NCBI RefSeq assembly: GCF_000143415.4
Contig: NW_003314261.1
Location: 3,526,880-3,590,879 of the forward strand
Length of the DNA stretch: 64,000 nt
Reading direction: 5' to 3'
Source of the DNA: Selaginella moellendorffii
Lineage: Eukaryota > Plantae > Lycopodiophyta
Shown here: positions 59,460 to 64,000 of the stretch, in pieces
Numbering within the stretch: position 1 is the stretch's first letter
Layout: each line of letters starts with the position of its first letter
Notes under the pieces: model-generated
What the model was told of the DNA's origin: nothing
What the model saw: the letters and a program-made list of their open reading frames with translations, nothing else
Database searches by the model: none
Program-made: the position numbers and the translations under genes

Positions 59460-59774
59460 ATGGAGTGCTACCAGCGATCCCTTCTCGTTGCTCTCATCGT
59501 CTTGATCGTGATCTTCGCTCCATCGTCGCAGGCTAGAAAGCTCACTTTCAGCAAGCTTCCCAAAGGCACCACTTATCCTCCCGCTGGACCGAGCAATCCA
59601 CAAAATCCAGACGGCACCAAGCTGCTCGAGGTCCGGACGCTTCCAAAGTACTCGATCCATCCACCGGCGGGGCCGAATCACGTCCCCCCCTCGACACACA
59701 AAGTTCCAACTTTCCACAAGCTTCCGAAGTCTCAGCACACTCCATCGGCAGGCCCGAGCAAACCAAGAGTCTGA
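59460..59774 (+). CDS. Small secreted peptide precursor with three IDA/EPIP-like motifs
   Basis: Hydrophobic signal ending SQA-RKL, followed by FSKLPKGTTYPPAGPS, VRTLPKYSIHPPAGPN and FHKLPKSQHTPSAGPS. Confidence 0.75.
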   Translation: MECYQRSLLVALIVLIVIFAPSSQARKLTFSKLPKGTTYPPAGPSNPQNPDGTKLLEVRTLPKYSIHPPAGPNHVPPSTHKVPTFHKLPKSQHTPSAGPSKPRV

Positions 59775-60594
59775 CTCGAAAGAGCCACTGGTTTTCTTGT
59801 AACAAAATGTGTATTGCATGGAATGCTGTTAAACCACTTTCCTGTATCTATCGATCTAGTAGTAGAGAGCATTAATCTATGGCGAGAAATGAGAGTACCT
59901 GTGGCTGGAAGGAGGAAAGATCTCTTTCTTTTCAGGCAGCAGCACCACCGAGAGAACGACGAGGCTCAGCATGAAGCACGACTTGATGGCCGGGTCAGCA
60001 AAGTTTCCATCCTTGGTCGAGAAGAACTTATTGTCGGCGAACGATAGGAAGCTGGAGAGAAGCTCAGTGAGTATGCGCTTGACTCGAAGGCTGGAGTAAT
60101 CCAGCGCGTGAGGAAATCCACCAGGTTGGGGTTGCCGTGTGAGATGCAGCACTGGCGAACGAAAAAGTCAAGGAGTTTAAGAAGAAGCTCCAAGAGACTG
60201 GTGCGTGTGTGCGTTTAGGCTTGTTCCACTTTGCTCCACGTAGCGGATCAGCTTCCAGGCCGATCGAGCTTCTATCTTGCAGGATCTTTGTGCTTGTGGC
60301 TCGCATCAGTCTAGTGCCCAGCGCCCAGCGGAAGCGGCATCGTATCTCCCAGCCAGCGCCAAGCACCAGCTGCTAGTTGCCGAATGCAGAGGCCATGGCA
60401 GGGCGACCAGCCATGGTGGTGGCGACGTATTGCTAAGGGAGAGATTACCTGTTGGCAGCTGAGTCCTCCGGGGTGTGCTCATGGTTGTTGTGTGCCTTCT
60501 CCTCCCAAACAGACTCTCTAGCAGAAAAGAGGAAAAACACTATACAGAGCACATTCATTGTACTCCTTTTGCATTGGACGTGGATTGCCACGTG

Positions 60595-61300
60595 TCAGAT
60601 GATCAAGACTGCCATCTCAACAGTCTCGCACAGGCACAGGCTTCCGACTGTGAGCAGCACCGCGGGGATCCCAGCCAGGCCGAGTGAGAGCCGCCAGCTC
60701 CATGGGTGGAGCTTGACGACGAGGTTGGCGATGAGGATGCCGATGGTCACGTTGAGCTGGAAGAGAATGTTGAGGCCGCCCCAGTAACAAGTGGGAGTAA
60801 TCTCGGAGAGGTATAGCGGGACGGCCTGGTTGGCAAAGCCGACGCCACAGCCGAGAAGGATCCGGCCGATGATGAGCATGGCCAGGTTCTCCGCAGCAGC
60901 GTTGAACACCACCCCGGCGATGAAAAACAGTCCCGCGATCACCATGGTTGGCTTCCGACCGAATCTCTGCGTCGTGTACGAGGCTGCAAAGGTGGCGACC
61001 AGACCCGTGAGGTAGAGCGACGACGTGAACGCCTGCACGCCCTGGTCGTCATACTTGCAGTAGTTGCCTTCTTTTCCAACAAGCTGCAGCTTCCTCTGTA
61101 GAACGCTGGGGAAAAACTTTCCCAGGAAATCATCCATGGAGGTGACACCACCTTGACAAAAACCAAAAAAAGAAATTTTATCCATAGGTCACAGTAGAAA
61201 TCTTCGAGTGCTTACTTGAGATCCCAACATCATATCCAAACATGAGTCCTCCCATAGCTGCTAGAAGGTAGGCAATAGCAACGTAGGCGAAGCCGGCCAT
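60595..61300 (-). pseudogene. Truncated STP13-like hexose transporter (MFS)
   Basis: GGLMFGYDVGIS/GVTSMDDFL, NYCKYDDQ, FTSSLY, GRILLGCGVGFANQAVPLYLSE. Similarity ends at CET and a stop follows; the C-terminal half is absent. Confidence 0.8.
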
Positions 61301-62937
61301 AGTTTTGAGCAAGAGCTAGCTGCTTATAAAGCTTAAAGGATCTCTAACGTCAAACAATGGACCCATCTCAAACAGAGAACTTGGTAGATTTCTACAATCT
61401 TTGGTGTTTACAAAGGCAGATACAAACAGATTCTTATTGAATGCACTGAAAAAGGTAGAGTATGGATGTATGCATTTTATGATACATGGTGGATAGCAAC
61501 TAAAAAGAATGAAAGGTTCAGAAAATAAGGCTTATGAATAAAAAGGCATTTTTTTTTCTAAGTCTTGGAATATTACGTTTGAGTGAGCTAAGTGAGAAGT
61601 CTAAATATAAAAACTTAAGAAATGTAAAAAGAGAATTTACACTAAGAGATTTCAGATAAAAAGGGGGCTTAATACTCAATTTTTAGTGAACTTTGAACTA
61701 TTTTTGAACTCTGTTTATTTGTTTATTTTTCAAATTGCTAGATTCTTGCATGAGTGCAATAGAATTCGCAAAACATGTATCTAAATAGCTAGAGGATAGT
61801 TGCAAATTGCAAGTTATGAATAAAGTGCCATTTTTTCTTGGTTAGGAAAAATTTTTAGTGATCAGGATTTCTTAAATCTTGATGTGGAGAGACTGGTGGG
61901 TAGACTCATGTTTTTCCCAATCAGTCCCATTACCACTCACAGTTTCCACTCCTTTCTTTATCTTGTTGGCAATAGATGGTGTTCACATAGAATTTTTTTC
62001 CTGCTAGAGAAAGGATCTCTTTGTCTTCTTTCAGACTTCCATGCCCATTACCTCCCAGCATTTATGGGGAACATGACCACGGCGTCAACAACCACTCTTT
62101 ATCAAAGACCACTCTTTATTTACATGGCATGGAAGATCAAAGGGAAGCCACATGCAACAGAAACATTTAGCAAATTATGGCATGCAATTCATAAAAGGGT
62201 GAGTGTTACTGTGGTAGATTTCACTCACAATACAACATCCATGTGGCAGTTTTCTATTGGTTCAGCATTAAATGTCATTTGGATGCCTCATGGATACCCC
62301 ATGGATGCTGGCCCGATGGGTCAATGATGTCCCCATAATATGAACAATGTGTGATACATAGATGCCACATATCATCAAATTTGACCCCATGACATAGGGA
62401 TTCATTAGGTCATAGGGTGCCTTAGTGCCCTGCTTTAGTGCTATGTTATTCAGCATGTTTCTTGGTAGCAGATATGGAAGGTAACTTGGTTTGCTAGTGA
62501 TTAGTTTCAAATATTTTTGTGGGCAGTGTTGGAAGTGGCTTTGATTTACTACTCAATTGATCTGTATGGACTTTCAAGTTCCTACCATGAGTATAGTTTT
62601 CTCCCTAATTTACTTCAAATTTGTGTCACTGAAACTTTTTCTTCCAGGTTTACTGGAAGACGTGGAGGAAGATGAGGTGGATGGCCTTCCATCCAATTTT
62701 AGTGATTCAGACTATGGTTCCAGTATGGATAGTGATAACAATGCTCTCCCAAAGGTTTGTTTAGTTTCTAGCCTCCTAAATTCATGATTTGCATGTTTCT
62801 AGGCCTTCTATAATTTTTTGCAATCGAGGGGATTCAGTAGTCCAACTGCATTTGGCACTTGGATGCACCTGAAGATCCTCGAGACTAAGATTACTGCTTA
62901 CCTCGCATGCTATCTTAAAATTTCCAAGCCAACACTG

Positions 62938-64000
62938 TGTGAGACACAAAATCCCTAGGCCCCAAAGTGGAGCCGGAAGGGCGCCACATGGTAGTGGCCG
63001 AAGCGAGAGCCAAACGAGCGTAACACGTTTGGACCAAAAGCTCCGACTTGAAAAGTCAAGAGCGGGAGTGGAACTCCCAACGAAGTGCTCGAGGAACGAG
63101 CACGAAGCAAGCAAAAGGCGAGGCTCCAAAAAGGGACCCAAAAGGACCAAAACATGACACGTGGGAGTGTCCAAGATGGACTCGAGTTGGAGTCCGAAGT
63201 GGAGTCCGAGATGGACCCGAGTTGGAGTCCGAAGTGGAGTCCGACATGGACCCGAGTTGGAGTCCGAAGTGGAGTCCGAGATGGACCCGAGTTGGAGTCC
63301 GAAGTGGAGTCCGAGGTGGACCCGAGATGGACCCGAGTTGGAGTCCGAAGTGGAGTCCGAGATGGACCCGAGTTGGAGTCCGAAGTGGAGTCCGAGATGG
63401 ACCCGAGATGGAGTCCGAGATGGAGTCCGAGATGGAGTCCGAGGTGGACCCGAGATGGACCCGAAATGGAGTCCGAGATGGAGTCCGAGATGGACCCGAG
63501 ATGGAGTCCAAGATGGAGTCCGAGATGGAGTCCGAGGTGGACCCGAGATGGACCCGAAATGGAGTCCGAGATGGACCCGAGATGGAGTCCGAGATGGACC
63601 CGAGATGGAGTCCGAGATGGAGTCCGAGATGGAGTCCGAGATGGAGTCCGAAGTCGAGACCGAGACCGGGACCGAGACCGAGACCGAGACCGAGATCGGG
63701 ACCGAGACCGAGACCGAGGCCGAGGCCGAGACCGAGGCCGAGCCCGAGTCCGAGTTCGAATCCGAGTCCGAGTCCGAGTCCGAGTCCGAGTCCGAGTCCG
63801 AGTCCGGAGCCTGAGAGGGTGAAAGCCCAAAGCGTTCGTCTCCCAGACCCTGGGGGGTTTGGTGAGCTCCAAAAGTATAGTAAGGGGGAGGACTGCAGTG
63901 GAGCCAGTTTGGCCAGGAAAGGCCAGTTTGGCCCAGAAAGGCCGGACCCAGTGTTGGGTGATGAGCTGCCCACTGGGAAGTCCAAGACTAGAGTGAACAC
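62938..64000 (-). mobile_element. Probable retrotransposon LTR or other TE terminus, running off the window
   Basis: Abrupt switch to GC-richer sequence at TGTGAGACAC (reads ...GTGTCTCACA on the minus strand, an LTR-like CA end). Contains an internal minisatellite; no transposon ORF is visible. Confidence 0.45.
63172..63810. repeat. Compound minisatellite built on a CCGA core
   Basis: 35-bp higher-order unit GTTGGAGTCCGA+AGTGGAGTCCGA+GATGGACCCGA, then 11/12-bp units, then 6-bp units GACCGA, GGCCGA and GTCCGA. Confidence 0.95.

Noticed and set aside
61884-62787. Short ORFs as possible transposase remnants
   Set aside because: No recognisable transposase or RT motifs.
63172-63650. CRISPR-like periodicity
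   Set aside because: Contiguous tandem units with no unique spacers, no cas genes, and a eukaryotic context.
62955-64000. Long ORFs encoding RS/RD/SPRW/LG repeats that mimic SR proteins
   Set aside because: All arise from a stop-free minisatellite open in five frames, with no unique domain.

Overview
Eukaryotic, very gene-dense plant genomic DNA. The mostly ~45-75 nt GT-AG introns, tiny intergenic spacers, ciliary genes, SS-rich PLS-class PPR genes and a plastid-peptidoglycan enzyme point to a flagellate-sperm land plant, most likely the lycophyte Selaginella (inference). Genes in order: subtilase 3' end, RF298/PIR-type RING ligase, FLP/MYB88-like MYB, PIG3-type quinone oxidoreductase, an intronless Crinkler-like NTPase+nuclease gene, inner-arm axonemal dynein heavy chain, CAP-H2, PPR, WDR92, MRT4, ALY/REF, two PPRs, a rearranged block (PPR 5' duplication, dymeclin fragment, unknown gene), RBOH, SCP-type phosphatase, an AT-rich block, a peroxidase remnant, an M23 peptidase, EXORDIUM, a candidate Arg-rich micro-gene, eIF3c, NEDP1/DEN1, an IDA-like peptide precursor, a truncated sugar transporter and an LTR-like element with a minisatellite. 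Best leads: (1) a spliced 44-aa poly-Arg protamine-like or uORF micro-gene that the ORF track misses; (2) the Crinkler-type NTPase-REase-Cys/His gene; (3) a 7-exon cyanobacterial-type M23 endopeptidase that the ORF track misses; (4) same-strand genes only 43-56 nt apart, possibly polycistronic; (5) a triple-motif IDA-like precursor. Gene models were built by eye and family calls come from remembered motifs; no searches were run.
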